Of a DNA stretch of 64,000 nucleotides, positions 1 through 9,685 are shown piece after piece (position 1 is the stretch's first letter; each line of letters opens with the position of its first letter). The DNA is from Vulcanimicrobiota bacterium (GTDB lineage: Bacteria; Vulcanimicrobiota; Vulcanimicrobiia; Vulcanimicrobiales; Vulcanimicrobiaceae), in assembly GCA_963714015.1 (NCBI GenBank), contig OY970223.1:3040001-3104000 (forward strand). The letters are read 5' to 3'. The notes beneath the pieces are model-generated. The model was not told the DNA's origin. It saw only the letters and a list, made by a program, of their open reading frames with translations, and made no database searches. The position numbers and the translations under genes were made by a program.

Positions 1-1438
1 GCCCGAGGTCGGCGAAAAGTTGAATGTCTGCGCACCGAGATACAGCAGCCCCTCGACGTCCGGCTGCATGACGTACCCGTCGACCGGCAAGAACTGCGCG
101 CCGACGTCCTCATAACCGACGAACGCCGTGGATGTTTTGGTCGTATATCCCAAGCTGTACTCAAGGTATTGCCCGAGCCCGCTGTCCGTGACGTTCGTAC
201 CCGAATCCGATCCCGCGTTCAGGGCGACCACGACATGAGAGCGCTGATTCATCGCATAACTGGTGAGCGCCGTCACGTCGTCGTTGAAGCCGGGAAGGTT
301 CGCCCCAATGTGCTGGACGTTGGCCGCATACGCGACGTTGTCGTTCTGAAGGTTATAGGTAAGGGTTTCACCGTTATCGCTGCGCCCGTTGCCGACAGCG
401 TTGAATGCGGCAAACGAGTACGGTCCCTGTGTCCCCTCATATGCATATCCGTCGCGAAACGTCGGAATCGCCGGCGTGTAGAGAATCGTCGGGCAGTTCA
501 GGCAAATAGATGGAGAATTGAAATTCGAACCCACTTGCGTAAAGAACGGCCGCACCTCTTGAAATTGGCGCTGAAACGCATTCGGTGAGATCGTCTGCTG
601 GTCGATCTCGACGTTCGAGTAATCAGGATGAAACGTCCCAACGAACGATGACGTCGGAGTGACGGGAATCGACACGTCGGCGCCGACCCGTGAGGTGTTT
701 CCGCCGTACTGCGGGGTCGTCGCCTCGCCGAGAGCGTAGAGGCTGAAGTCTCGGCCGCGGCCTGGTCGCCGCCGCATTCTGCGTCACGGGCGCGATGCCG
801 TTCAAAACCCCTGCATACACCGGATCCACGGACGCCTGCTGTCCGCGCATGTGCGACCAGACTTGTATAGTTCCGTTCGCTACGATGCCTTGCGTGAACT
901 GCGCTTTCCACGAGTGCGAACCGCCGCTTCGCATTATGTCGAACGGAATGTGCATCGTCACGCTGTAGCCGCGCGCGGTTCGGGCGGCCGCAGCCGTCCA
1001 TTGCGGCGCATAAGCGCTGTTCTCGCTGGACGACTGATAACGCGCTCCTAACGCGTTCGCGCCGAATGCGTACTGGAATCCTTGCGTGCCTTGCGGGTAG
1101 AGATAGACGGCCACGTAGTCGTCGTTCAGGACGGCGGGTCCGTTCGTGTGCGCCGATGCCGTCAACGGCTCGCTTTGCACGGCGTCGAACGCAAAATCGA
1201 TGCCGGACGGATCCTGCGCCACGTAGACGCTGCTCGGTTCACCCGCCCGCAGGAAGGTGAAATCGAAGTCGACCGGCAGTTTGATCGCGCCCGCCCATGA
1301 CGCATCGATGACGCCGTGCATGTGCGGCGCGGCATGCAACACCGGCACGGTCACCGAAAACGGCTCAGCTGCATCGGCGCGCGCGCCGAGAGAGAGCACC
1401 GTCACTAGAACGGCGCAGCCAAAAACACCAAAACGCAT
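1..1438 (-). CDS. Secreted CBM9-like/DUF5916-type protein; frameshift near 740; runs off the left edge
   Basis: Signal peptide and CBM9-like N-terminus (HGVIDASW...D.V.VYL.P...Y.F..NA.G) in ORF 623..1438. After a 1-nt shift the sequence reads YALGEATTPQYGG...FHPDYSNVEIDQQTI...EVRPFF, resembling the DUF5916 PDFSxVExD/ExRPFF motif. Confidence 0.65.
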
Positions 1439-1439
1439 G

Positions 1440-2162
1440 CTAAATCGCTTCGGCTCGCTGCCAGAGTGCGATGGCCAGCACGCACGTAATTATGGCGATG
1501 GCGATCAGGAGCGGCGCCTCCCAGACGGTGCCGAGCCACTGCAGCGACGCGGAAACGCTGTCCATCGTGTACTTATGTTGTTCCCATCCGGATACAGCCG
1601 CTGCCGTATTGGAAACCGCAACCGGATTGACGACGATCGGAGCCCGCAAGATCGCGCCCAATGCGCTTTGCCATTGCGCCAGATTCATCCATAGGATGAG
1701 GGCGGGCAGCGCGATGACGCCGAAGTATGGAACGCGCCGGCCAAGCATGCTCAGTAATGCGCCCCACCCGTAGACCGCGTATGGCATGGAAAGTCCCCAA
1801 GCGATCTCGCCCGCGCTTGGCGCATCCGACACTTTCAGACAGATATGAAACACAAGGAAAGCTAAGCAGAAGGAAGCCGTAATTCCGGCGAGATCTACTG
1901 CAACTGCTTGCAATGCGACCCTCCACCGTGCCGCGGGAAGGACCCATAGCACCCGTGACGCCTCCCGTGACGCATTGCCCAACGCGACGCAGAAGATTGA
2001 AGCGAAGATCGATGCAGCCCAGCTCGCAACGAGGCACAGCGCGCCGGCATCGGCCCTTCCGGGTCCGTGTGACCAGACGACGACCGCGATCGCAAGCATC
2101 ACGAGCAGCCCCGTATACCATGCTAGGGCTTTGCGCATGACCAAGTACTCTCGATAGATCAT
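1440..2162 (-). CDS. ABC transporter permease-like membrane protein
   Basis: About six hydrophobic segments; overlaps the ABC ATPase stop codon (operon). Confidence 0.7.
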   Translation of the reverse strand: MIYREYLVMRKALAWYTGLLVMLAIAVVVWSHGPGRADAGALCLVASWAASIFASIFCVALGNASREASRVLWVLPAARWRVALQAVAVDLAGITASFCLAFLVFHICLKVSDAPSAGEIAWGLSMPYAVYGWGALLSMLGRRVPYFGVIALPALILWMNLAQWQSALGAILRAPIVVNPVAVSNTAAAVSGWEQHKYTMDSVSASLQWLGTVWEAPLLIAIAIITCVLAIALWQRAEAI

Positions 2163-2989
2163 CCTCGCCGCTCCTTTGCTGCGTCTACCGTTGTAAAGAA
2201 GATGTGCTCCAAGTTCATGGCGCGCCGGTTCACCGTAACCGGAGAAAGCGCGCGCAGCTGCGCCTCGATCTCGGCGACGTCGCCGTTCGCGTAGCGGCGC
2301 TCCAATCGTCCGTCATCGAAAACCGCCTCTACCACAAATCGTCGAGCGCGCAGATCGTCGACGTCGGCCTCGAGCGCAAGCCGGCCGCGGTCGAGAATGG
2401 CAATCCGCTCCGCTGCTTGCTCGACATGTCCGATCTGATGAGATGAAAAGAGAATGGTGACGCCGTCCGCCGCAGCGCTGACGATCGTATCGAGCAGACG
2501 ATACTGGAGTACGGGGTCGAGTCCGGTCGCCGGCTCGTCGAGAATCATGAGTTCCGGCCGTTGCGAAAACGCAAGTGCGAGCGCGACGGCCTGACGCTGA
2601 CCTTTCGAAAGTGCGCGCAACCGCCGTTCCGGTTCGATCTCAAACCGCTCGCTCAAATCCCTCATTAGGTCGCGGTCGAAACGGGAAAAACAGCGGCGCC
2701 GAAACTCGGCGTGCTGCCGCACGGTCATCCAACCGTCGAGGCAGTTGATCTCGGGCACGTAGGCAATGCGGTCGAACATTCGCGGATGGAGCCGCTCGCC
2801 GAAAACTTCGACCTCACCGGACGTTTTCGAAGTCAGACCTAGGACGCACCCGATTGCAGTACTCTTGCCGGCACCGTTACGGCCGAGCAATCCGAGGACA
2901 GTGCCGGGATTGACGTCAAGGGAGAGGTCGTCGACGGCAAGGCGGCCGCCGAAGCGTTTTGTAAGGTGTGCAATGCGTAGTGGAATCAT
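2159..2989 (-). CDS. ABC transporter ATP-binding protein (YtrB-like)
   Basis: Walker A GRNGAGKS, signature LSKGQ, Walker B ILDEP, H-loop SSH. Start placed at MIPLRI, coupled to the GntR stop. Confidence 0.92.
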   Translation of the reverse strand: MIPLRIAHLTKRFGGRLAVDDLSLDVNPGTVLGLLGRNGAGKSTAIGCVLGLTSKTSGEVEVFGERLHPRMFDRIAYVPEINCLDGWMTVRQHAEFRRRCFSRFDRDLMRDLSERFEIEPERRLRALSKGQRQAVALALAFSQRPELMILDEPATGLDPVLQYRLLDTIVSAAADGVTILFSSHQIGHVEQAAERIAILDRGRLALEADVDDLRARRFVVEAVFDDGRLERRYANGDVAEIEAQLRALSPVTVNRRAMNLEHIFFTTVDAAKERRG

Positions 2990-3399
2990 TGTGCTCCGTC
3001 CGTGCCGTTGCCGCGATACCACGCGTCGATCGCGCGTCGAAAAATCGCGTGTACGGCGTTCTCGTCGACCCCCAGCGAAAATGCCTCGCGAATCGTCGCA
3101 TCCATTGCCGCGTCGACGACGTCACGGGCCCCGGTCTTTGCGGCGCCGTCGGCGGCATCGGCTCGAACGTACGCCCCTCGGCCGGGCAGGCTCCGAATGA
3201 TCTCCAGATGCTCGAGCTCCCGCAGCGAGCGAGAAATCGTCGCGGGATTTACAACCAAATCGCTCGCCATCTGCTTAACGGTCGGCAGCTGTTCCCCGGG
3301 CTTCAAAACCCCAATGGCTACCGCGCGCCGGACCTGTTCGACGATCTGAAGGTAAACCGGCAATCCCCTACTCGGGTCGACATGCATATGTAGTGGCAT
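2986..3399 (-). CDS. GntR-family regulator, YtrA subfamily
   Basis: PVYLQIVEQV...LKPGEQLPTVKQMA.DL.VNP.TI...LE...GRGAYV with a short C-terminus, upstream of ABC genes. Confidence 0.92.
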   Translation of the reverse strand: MPLHMHVDPSRGLPVYLQIVEQVRRAVAIGVLKPGEQLPTVKQMASDLVVNPATISRSLRELEHLEIIRSLPGRGAYVRADAADGAAKTGARDVVDAAMDATIREAFSLGVDENAVHAIFRRAIDAWYRGNGTDGAQ

Positions 3400-3413
3400 A
3401 ATTAACTAGGTAA

Positions 3414-3459
3414 TGTACTAGTTAGCTAGTATAATACCGGGCAATTGGTTTGCTGTCAA
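3414..3459 (-). promoter_or_regulatory. Sigma70 promoter with overlapping YtrA-type operator
   Basis: Minus strand TTGACA (3459-3454), 17 bp, TATTAT (3436-3431). Palindrome tgTACTAG-ttag-CTAGTAta at 3414-3433 resembles the YtrA TGTAYTA...TARTACA box. Confidence 0.75.
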
Positions 3460-3513
3460 GCGGCCATCCCCGTCGCGGTCCGCTTAAGGGGTGACCGGGA
3501 CTGCGGGCGGCGC

Positions 3514-4485
3514 CTAACGGGAACTTAGGCCGGAAAGCTCCGCCGTCAGCATGTCCACAACAAGCTGCGGATCTTCGACCTTACCGGTGACGATTGAGTC
3601 AAATGCGGAAACGGCGCGTTCGAAAGCTCGGCGCGCGCGTTTCTCGCCGACGCGGATGGCGATTGGGCGAAGGGCGCGTTCTCTCCACCGCAGGCGCGCC
3701 GGTATTTCGCCGCCTTTGCGCGCGAGTTCCCATAGCAAGCCGCACTCCGTCGCAAGCGCATAGATGAGCGGCACCGCGGCGTTGCGATCGTTGGCGAAAA
3801 GTTCGTGCGCGATGCCTAGCGCTTCACCGACACGCCCTTCCACCAGCGCGCCGGCGTACTGATAAGCCTTGGGATCTTCGATCGTCAGACTCTCTTGCTC
3901 CAGGTCTTTGTACGAAATGCGCCGCCCGCCCAAAGCGAGTTTTTCCAAGTCGTTTCTCACCGATCCCAAGTTTGCTTCGCTGCGTGAAAGCGTGTCGATC
4001 ACGCGCGGTTCGGCGGTTGCTTTGAGTTCGGCTAGGGTCTCCGTGATGAACCGGGTGCGCACGTCTTCGTTGGCGGTCGTATCGATGCGCAGTGCGCCGC
4101 GTCCCGCCATCGCGCCGAACGGCTGCGGCCGCTGTGCGCGCGGCGAAAGCAGATCGCAGATCACCAGGGTGTTGCCTTCAGGAACGCTCTCGGCGACTTC
4201 CCACAATTCCCGGCGCATCGCCGCCTTTAGGCTCTGCGCATCGGTTACGGCAACCACCCGCGAAGCAGCCAAAAACGGCATAGCCTGCACCGCTTCCCGG
4301 ATGCGGCCCGTGTTGTCGATTTGACCGGCCGCGTAACGTTCCAGATTCATGTCGCGCAAATCGGCGGGCAGTATGCGGTCGATCACGGTCTCGAGCGCTC
4401 GATCGGCCAAAGTTCGCTCGGTGCCCTCGATGATGACGAGCTTTCCGATGGCCGGCGATTTTTCAATGAAATCGTAGAACTTCAC
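3514..4485 (-). CDS. holA: DNA polymerase III delta subunit
   Basis: IEGTER.L, DMNLERY, AVQAMPFLAASRVV and NDLEKLAL motifs; 323 aa. Confidence 0.85.
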   Translation of the reverse strand: MKFYDFIEKSPAIGKLVIIEGTERTLADRALETVIDRILPADLRDMNLERYAAGQIDNTGRIREAVQAMPFLAASRVVAVTDAQSLKAAMRRELWEVAESVPEGNTLVICDLLSPRAQRPQPFGAMAGRGALRIDTTANEDVRTRFITETLAELKATAEPRVIDTLSRSEANLGSVRNDLEKLALGGRRISYKDLEQESLTIEDPKAYQYAGALVEGRVGEALGIAHELFANDRNAAVPLIYALATECGLLWELARKGGEIPARLRWRERALRPIAIRVGEKRARRAFERAVSAFDSIVTGKVEDPQLVVDMLTAELSGLSSR

Positions 4486-4569
4486 GTCGCGGCAGTTCCC
4501 GATGCGGCTTCATTGTCCATCCGCGCCGAAGAGGGGGTTGAACCGGGAAGCGGCCAACAAAGCAATTTA

Positions 4570-4815
4570 ATGAAGGGCGACGATATAGCGAAGATCTCCG
4601 AGAGCTTTCGCATTCGTTACGGCGAGTTCCAGGCCACCGGTCTTCCCGCCGTCATCTGCGCCTTCGGGATCGTTATCGTGGCAACCGGTCTGGCCAATCT
4701 GCTGCGGAACAATGCCGAGGCCGCACTGCGCGGGCTGGTCTTCGCGCGTACTTCCGGCCGCGCGCAACAGCCTTCCGAGCCTCGTTCCGAACACCGGCGC
4801 ACCTCGCCGATCTAG
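4570..4815 (+). CDS. Small hypothetical membrane protein
   Basis: MKGDDIAK...GLPAVICAFGIVIVATGLA; one TM segment, fills the gap between holA and mtnA. Confidence 0.45.
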   Translation: MKGDDIAKISESFRIRYGEFQATGLPAVICAFGIVIVATGLANLLRNNAEAALRGLVFARTSGRAQQPSEPRSEHRRTSPI

Positions 4816-5822
4816 CCGACAGCCGCTACGTTCGGACGGAGTTCGAGATTGGGGATCTCGTCCGCATAGGGCGGATGAATGATGCCGTATTCCGTGATGA
4901 ACGCCGCGATCAGATGTCCCGGCGTCACGTCGAACGCCGGATTGTACGCGCGCGCCCCTTCCGGAGCGATGCGCGTTCCGCCGAACACCGCCACTTCGTC
5001 GGCGGGACGCTCCTCAATTGGAATCTCTGCGCCGTTTTCAAGCGCGAAATCAAACGTCGAACGCGGCGCCGCAACGTAGAACGGAATCCCGTGGTGCGCG
5101 GCTGCAATCGCGAGTCCATAGGTTCCAACTTTATTCGCCGTATCACCGTTGCGGCAGATCCTATCGGCGCCGACGATGACGAGGTCGATTCCGCAGCGCT
5201 GCATCGTCATAGCGGCGGCGCCGTCCACGATGAGCGTCGCGTTCACGCCGGCTTGCTGCAGCTCATAATAGGTAAGCCGGGCACCCTGCAGCAGCGGCCG
5301 GGTTTCATCGACGTACACAACAGGACGTTTGCCGTCACGCGCGGCTTGAATGATGACGCCCAGAGCCGTGCCGCCGCCGGCAGTGGCAATAGGTCCGGTA
5401 TTGCAGTGGGTCAAGATGCGCGCGTTCTCCGGAACCAGATCTGCGCCCGCTGCGGCGATTCGGGCGTCCATGCTCCGCTGTTCGGCATGAATCGCTTGCG
5501 CTTCGGCAAGCATATCGGAAGCGGCGAGGACGCGATCGACCGCCCACCTCAAATTTACCGCTGTTGGGCGCGCGTCCCGAAGCCGCTGAGCGGCTGCGTT
5601 AAACGCCGCGTCATCCCCAATATTGGTACGCAGCAGCGCGATTCCGTAGGCGCCGAATACTCCGATGCAAGGCGCACCGCGAACTTCAAGCGTTTTGATT
5701 GCGCTCTCCAGTTCGTCGATGGTCGAAGCGCGGCGCACCAGCGCTTCGTGCGGAAGCCGTCGCTGATCGAGATACTCGACCGCATCGCCGGCCCAACGAA
5801 CCGCATCCAAACAGTCATCCAT
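4812..5822 (-). CDS. mtnA: S-methyl-5-thioribose-1-phosphate isomerase
   Basis: LDQRRLP, VRGAPCIG, RPTAVNL, THCNTG, ETRPLLQG, GADRI..NGDTANKVG, NPAFDVTP. Confidence 0.96.
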   Translation of the reverse strand: MDDCLDAVRWAGDAVEYLDQRRLPHEALVRRASTIDELESAIKTLEVRGAPCIGVFGAYGIALLRTNIGDDAAFNAAAQRLRDARPTAVNLRWAVDRVLAASDMLAEAQAIHAEQRSMDARIAAAGADLVPENARILTHCNTGPIATAGGGTALGVIIQAARDGKRPVVYVDETRPLLQGARLTYYELQQAGVNATLIVDGAAAMTMQRCGIDLVIVGADRICRNGDTANKVGTYGLAIAAAHHGIPFYVAAPRSTFDFALENGAEIPIEERPADEVAVFGGTRIAPEGARAYNPAFDVTPGHLIAAFITEYGIIHPPYADEIPNLELRPNVAAVG

Positions 5823-5850
5823 CGCGCCGCCTTTTCGTCGCGCACAAACA

Positions 5851-5875
5851 AAAAGCCGCGCTGAGCGCGGCTTTT
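5851..5875. terminator. Intrinsic terminator hairpin
   Basis: AAAAGCCGCGC-TGA-GCGCGGCTTTT downstream of the zinc-ribbon gene. Confidence 0.8.
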
Positions 5876-5895
5876 GCTCCTTCGACGCTCAAACG

Positions 5896-6195
5896 TCAGA
5901 CGGCTGCGGGCGCTCCATGCGCCGTGAAGCAGGCGCGGCAATAGACCGGCCGATCTCCACGCGGACGGAACGGAACGGTTGTGGTCGTTCCGCACTCCGC
6001 GCAGACGGCTTCGTAGTTGGGACGCGCACCAGCTGACGCAGGGGCACCAGACCCTTGGCCTTTTCGTAATTGACGGCAATCGCGGCAGCGCTGCGGTTCG
6101 TTTTGAAAACCTTTTTCGGCGTAAAATTGCTGGTCGCGGACGGAGAATACAAAACTATGTCCGCATTCTTTACAAATCAGATTCTTGTCTTCCAA
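5896..6195 (-). CDS. Zinc-ribbon / CxxC-x17-CxxC domain protein
   Basis: CKECG..FVF...QQFYAEKGFQNEPQRCRDC and CAECG...VPFRP.GDRPVYCRAC. Confidence 0.9.
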   Translation of the reverse strand: MEDKNLICKECGHSFVFSVRDQQFYAEKGFQNEPQRCRDCRQLRKGQGSGAPASAGARPNYEAVCAECGTTTTVPFRPRGDRPVYCRACFTAHGAPAAV

Positions 6196-6282
6196 AGGAC
6201 TGGGCCTCCACGAAAGTAGCGAGCCGACACTATGCGACTTGTGTCGGAGAGATTCCTCGCCTGGTTGCGCGGCTTAGCGGAC

Positions 6283-6790
6283 CTATCGTCGAAAGCCGAG
6301 CGGCTCGTGGGGCTGTTCCTTGGGCACCTGCAGCAAGGCGGCGGCTGCAAGGGCCGCTTCGTAACCTTTATCACCTTTTTTGGGGTCGCGCCCGCTCTTC
6401 TGCTTGCAGCAAGTTCTCGGTTGTTAAGACACCGAATCCAATCGGCACCCCAGTCGCGAGCTGCACCGTCATGATGCCGCGCGCGCACTCGCCCGCCACG
6501 TAGTTGAAGTGCGGCGTCTCTCCCCGAATAACGGCCCCAAGCGCGACGACCGCATCCAAGCGATCGTCGGCTTCGATGAGCCGCTTGGCCGCGAGCGGCA
6601 ATTCGAAGCATCCCGGCACGCGGTAAACCGTTACGTCCTCTTCGCGCACATTGCAATCGCGCAAGGCGCGGCGCGCTCCATCTTCGAGCCACTCTGCCAG
6701 TTGGTCGTAGAACTGCGCGACGACGAGAGCAAAGCGTTTCCCGGCAACGTCGTAATGCGCGACAGGCGATCCGTTTTGTTTTTTAGCCAT
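6283..6790 (-). CDS. ribH: 6,7-dimethyl-8-ribityllumazine synthase; apparent 1-nt frameshift near 6388
   Basis: VPGCFELP, ALGAVIRGETPHFNYV, FGVLTTEN. After the shift it continues DPKKGDKGYEAALAA to TAG at 6283. Confidence 0.93.
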
Positions 6791-7172
6791 CAATATTTTC
6801 TATAAGCCGCAGCCGGTTTCCGAACGGATCCAGCAGTTGCATCATTCGGCCCCAAGACTCTTTTTTAATGGCCGGACAACCGGGCGGTTTGGCGCCCAGC
6901 TCCGCCTGCAATGCATCTAGACCAGTCATGTGCACAAGCGAAGTCGAGCCCGGCGTTGCATCCCCGTAATGCTCGGAAAGATGAACGGTTAAGCCGTTCC
7001 GCGAGACTTGCATATACAGCGGTAGCCCTGGTTCAAAGCGATGCTCCCAATCGACCGTGCAGCCCAGATAGTCGATATAGAATTCCTTTGCTTTGTCGAT
7101 ATCGAATATCCGGAAGATCGGAATCGTCTTTGAAAATGTTGCAACGGCGGTATCGGCTGTCGAAGTGTTCAT
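6783..7172 (-). CDS. Glyoxalase/bleomycin-resistance (VOC) protein
   Basis: IPIFRIFD..KAKEFY..YLG..VDWEHRF...LHLSEH.GD.TPG...DPFGNRL. Confidence 0.85.
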   Translation of the reverse strand: MNTSTADTAVATFSKTIPIFRIFDIDKAKEFYIDYLGCTVDWEHRFEPGLPLYMQVSRNGLTVHLSEHYGDATPGSTSLVHMTGLDALQAELGAKPPGCPAIKKESWGRMMQLLDPFGNRLRLIENIDG

Positions 7173-8605
7173 TAGGTGTGATCTCCGTGCATCAGCGGCC
7201 CTTCCACGGGGATACCGTCGAGCAGATGCCCGAGTTTTGCGCGCTTCGTTGCGATATACCGCTTGTTGTGTGCCGTCGGTTCGGTCTGCATCGGAACCCG
7301 TCCGACGATCCGTATCCCATAGCCTTCGAGCCCAAAGATTTTACGCGGGTTATTGGTAAGGACGCGCATCTCCTTAACGCCTAAGTCGGCCAAAATCTGC
7401 GAACCGATTCCGTAATCCCGTTTGTCCACCGGCAGCCCGAGCGCGAGGTTGGCTTCCACCGTATCGGCCCCCTGATCTTGCAGTTGATACGCTCGCAGTT
7501 TGTTGGCCAGGCCGATGCCGCGCCCTTCCTGACGCAAATACAGAAAAATGCCGCGCCCTTCTTTGGCGATGATTTGCATTGCCCCGTCGCGCTGGGCGGC
7601 GCAGTCACAACGCAGCGAATGGAGCGCGTCGCCGGTCAAACATTCGGAGTGAACGCGCACCAGCAAATCTCTGCCGTCGCCGATCTCACCCATGACGAGT
7701 GCGACATGCGTGTTGCGGTCGATGGAATTTTCAAACGCGTAGCCCCGCCACGTTCCGATTTCGGTCGGCAATTGAAACTCCGCGATGCGATGCAGCAGTT
7801 TCTCCGTGCGCCAACGGTATGCAATGAGATCCTTGACCGTAATAAGCCGCACGCCGTGCTTCTTGGCAAAATCGATTAGGCCGTCCAGCCGCTCCATCGT
7901 GCCGTCTTCCGCCATGATCTCGCAAATTACGCCCGCGGGATACAATCCGGCGAGCCGTGCCAGATCGACCGCCGCTTCGGTTTGACCGGCGCGAACCAGC
8001 ACGCCGCCCTCGCGAGCACGCAGCGGAAAGGTGTGACCGGGTCGCAGCAGATCCGACGGACGTGTTGCCGAATCGAGCAGCGCTTGAATCGTCGCCGATC
8101 GATCGTGTGCCGAAATTCCTGTCGTCGTGCGCCCGCGCGCTTCAACCGAAACGGTGAACGCCGTTTCGTGCACGGCGCTGTTTTCGGAAACCATTTGCGG
8201 CAAATGGAGCTCGTCGAGTCGCCGGCCCGTCATCGGAACGCAGATCAAACCGCCCGCGTACTTGCGCATGAAGTTGATAGCTTCGGGCGTGACCATCTGC
8301 GCGGCCATAACGAGGTCGCCTTCGTTTTCGCGATCCTCGTCGTCGAGCACGATGACCATCTTGCCGGCACGAACGTCTTTGATCGCCTCCTCAATCGAGT
8401 CGAAAGGCGATGCCTTTTCCAGCGAATTGGTCAGGTCGGGCAAGACCTGAGTCAGCCGCTGCAAAGAGCGGTAGGACGGCTCACGCTGCCCGGACCGAAG
8501 GTACGAAATCGCAGCCTCCGTTAGCCCGCTGCGCTCAGCCAGGTCCGCGGCGTTAAGGCCTGCGGCTTCCATAGCCGTATTCAATTCCTCAGCAAAGGGA
8601 CTCAC
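7172..8605 (-). CDS. ribBA: XRE-type HTH fused to bifunctional DHBP synthase/GTP cyclohydrolase II
   Basis: Residues ~5-56 form an HTH (LNAADLAERSGLTEAAISYLRSGQREPS). RibB motifs DDEDRENEGDL, TTGISAHDR, RPGH. RibA motifs RVHSECLTGD, RCDC, QEGRGIGL..K, TNNPRK. Confidence 0.95.
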   Translation of the reverse strand: MSPFAEELNTAMEAAGLNAADLAERSGLTEAAISYLRSGQREPSYRSLQRLTQVLPDLTNSLEKASPFDSIEEAIKDVRAGKMVIVLDDEDRENEGDLVMAAQMVTPEAINFMRKYAGGLICVPMTGRRLDELHLPQMVSENSAVHETAFTVSVEARGRTTTGISAHDRSATIQALLDSATRPSDLLRPGHTFPLRAREGGVLVRAGQTEAAVDLARLAGLYPAGVICEIMAEDGTMERLDGLIDFAKKHGVRLITVKDLIAYRWRTEKLLHRIAEFQLPTEIGTWRGYAFENSIDRNTHVALVMGEIGDGRDLLVRVHSECLTGDALHSLRCDCAAQRDGAMQIIAKEGRGIFLYLRQEGRGIGLANKLRAYQLQDQGADTVEANLALGLPVDKRDYGIGSQILADLGVKEMRVLTNNPRKIFGLEGYGIRIVGRVPMQTEPTAHNKRYIATKRAKLGHLLDGIPVEGPLMHGDHT

Positions 8606-8611
8606 GGGCCC

Positions 8612-8641
8612 AGCTTACGCCGCGAACTTAACAACTGTCAA
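8612..8641 (-). promoter_or_regulatory. Probable leaderless promoter of ribBA
   Basis: Minus strand TTGACA (8641-8636), 18 bp, TAAGCT (8617-8612), 6 nt, GTG start at 8605; no Shine-Dalgarno. Confidence 0.6.
8631..8638 (+). repeat. Junction repeat 1, ACAACTGT (probable target-site duplication)
   Basis: tta-ACAACTGT-caaggtaacatac; the same 8-mer occurs at 10708, 15243 and 17853. Confidence 0.9.
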
Positions 8642-8690
8642 GGTAACATACTTGGCTCACCAGGGGCCTGGTGTCTGGTAGGATAGAGAG

Positions 8691-8981
8691 ATGGCCCGCG
8701 CTCGCTTCCACGGTTTGCTTGCGGAGATGGAAGACCGACTCGGCGGAAACTACAATTCCGCGCTCCTCGCAGCCATTCTCGCGGTTGCCCCAATGTTCGT
8801 GGTGGCGATGATTCATTCTGCGCTCGCTTGGCGCTGTCTTGAGTCGTTTTGGGTCGCACTAGTTCTAATTTTGCTAGCACGGGTCTTCCGAGTACAAGTT
8901 CGCGTAGCCCTATTGGGTGGTCTTCTCTGGCTTTGCGGTACGCTGGGCAATTTTTGTGCTACCTCCGGTGTCATCGGGTGA
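8691..8981 (+). CDS. Small hydrophobic cargo protein
   Basis: 96 aa with about three TM-like stretches, inside unit A. Confidence 0.45.
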   Translation: MARARFHGLLAEMEDRLGGNYNSALLAAILAVAPMFVVAMIHSALAWRCLESFWVALVLILLARVFRVQVRVALLGGLLWLCGTLGNFCATSGVIG

Positions 8982-9685
8982 AGTGAGTGCCCCTATTCCC
9001 TATCCAACCCCAATGCTGCAAACATGGGACGGAGTTTACTCTGGTTGGGCAACAGAGCGCGGAGCCAAGTTGCCATACTGGGCGGTAAATCTGTGTCTAG
9101 CCAATTTTGGGAATGAAGATGTCAAGGTAGTGACATACGAGACTTCTAAATTAGATTGGAATTATCGCGACGATCCCACGAAAGTGCGGCCGGTAGTGGA
9201 CAAGATGAGGGCGTCACTCGCTGTTCAAGAGGAAAGGGCGGAACACGCCTGGCCCGAGATTTATCATCCCGATGACCCACGATTACTATCCTGTTCGCAA
9301 AGGTTGGGATATTTCAGAAGACATCCGAGACCATTTTACTGGCACGCACTATATTCAGGTACATTCCGATCACGTAGTAGGGCGCGACGAGCAAATGCAA
9401 ATAATGGCTCAGTACAGAATCCTCTACTACGATGTGGATTTTGTAGAAACGAATTCGCGTGGTATGACCACCTGGAACGCTTGCGGAATCGTGGAGTGGC
9501 AAGGCAGTACAACCCCGTGTCCGGAGGCGGGGGTTAAAAAAGTGAACGACGATATTGACGGCGACGAAGCCATGAGGCGGTTTGAAGAACTCGGGACTAA
9601 ATTGTTCCAAATCAAGAAAGACCACGTTGAGGAAATCACTGAGGGGGAACCTGATGACTACTCGAGCCGGAGCCCGGATGAGTAG
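8982..9685 (+). CDS. Hypothetical cargo protein, probably one gene split by a frameshift near 9270
   Basis: Overlapping ORFs 8917..9537 and 9272..9685, each protein-like in complementary halves; visibly lower GC. Confidence 0.4.

Noticed and set aside
8628..8641. 14-bp TSD model, or 2-bp (AC) core model, for the junctions
   Set aside because: The 14-mer mismatches at junctions 1 and 4. The 8-mer is the longest symmetric exact match and fits IS1595 norms. The 2-bp model cannot be strictly excluded without an empty site.
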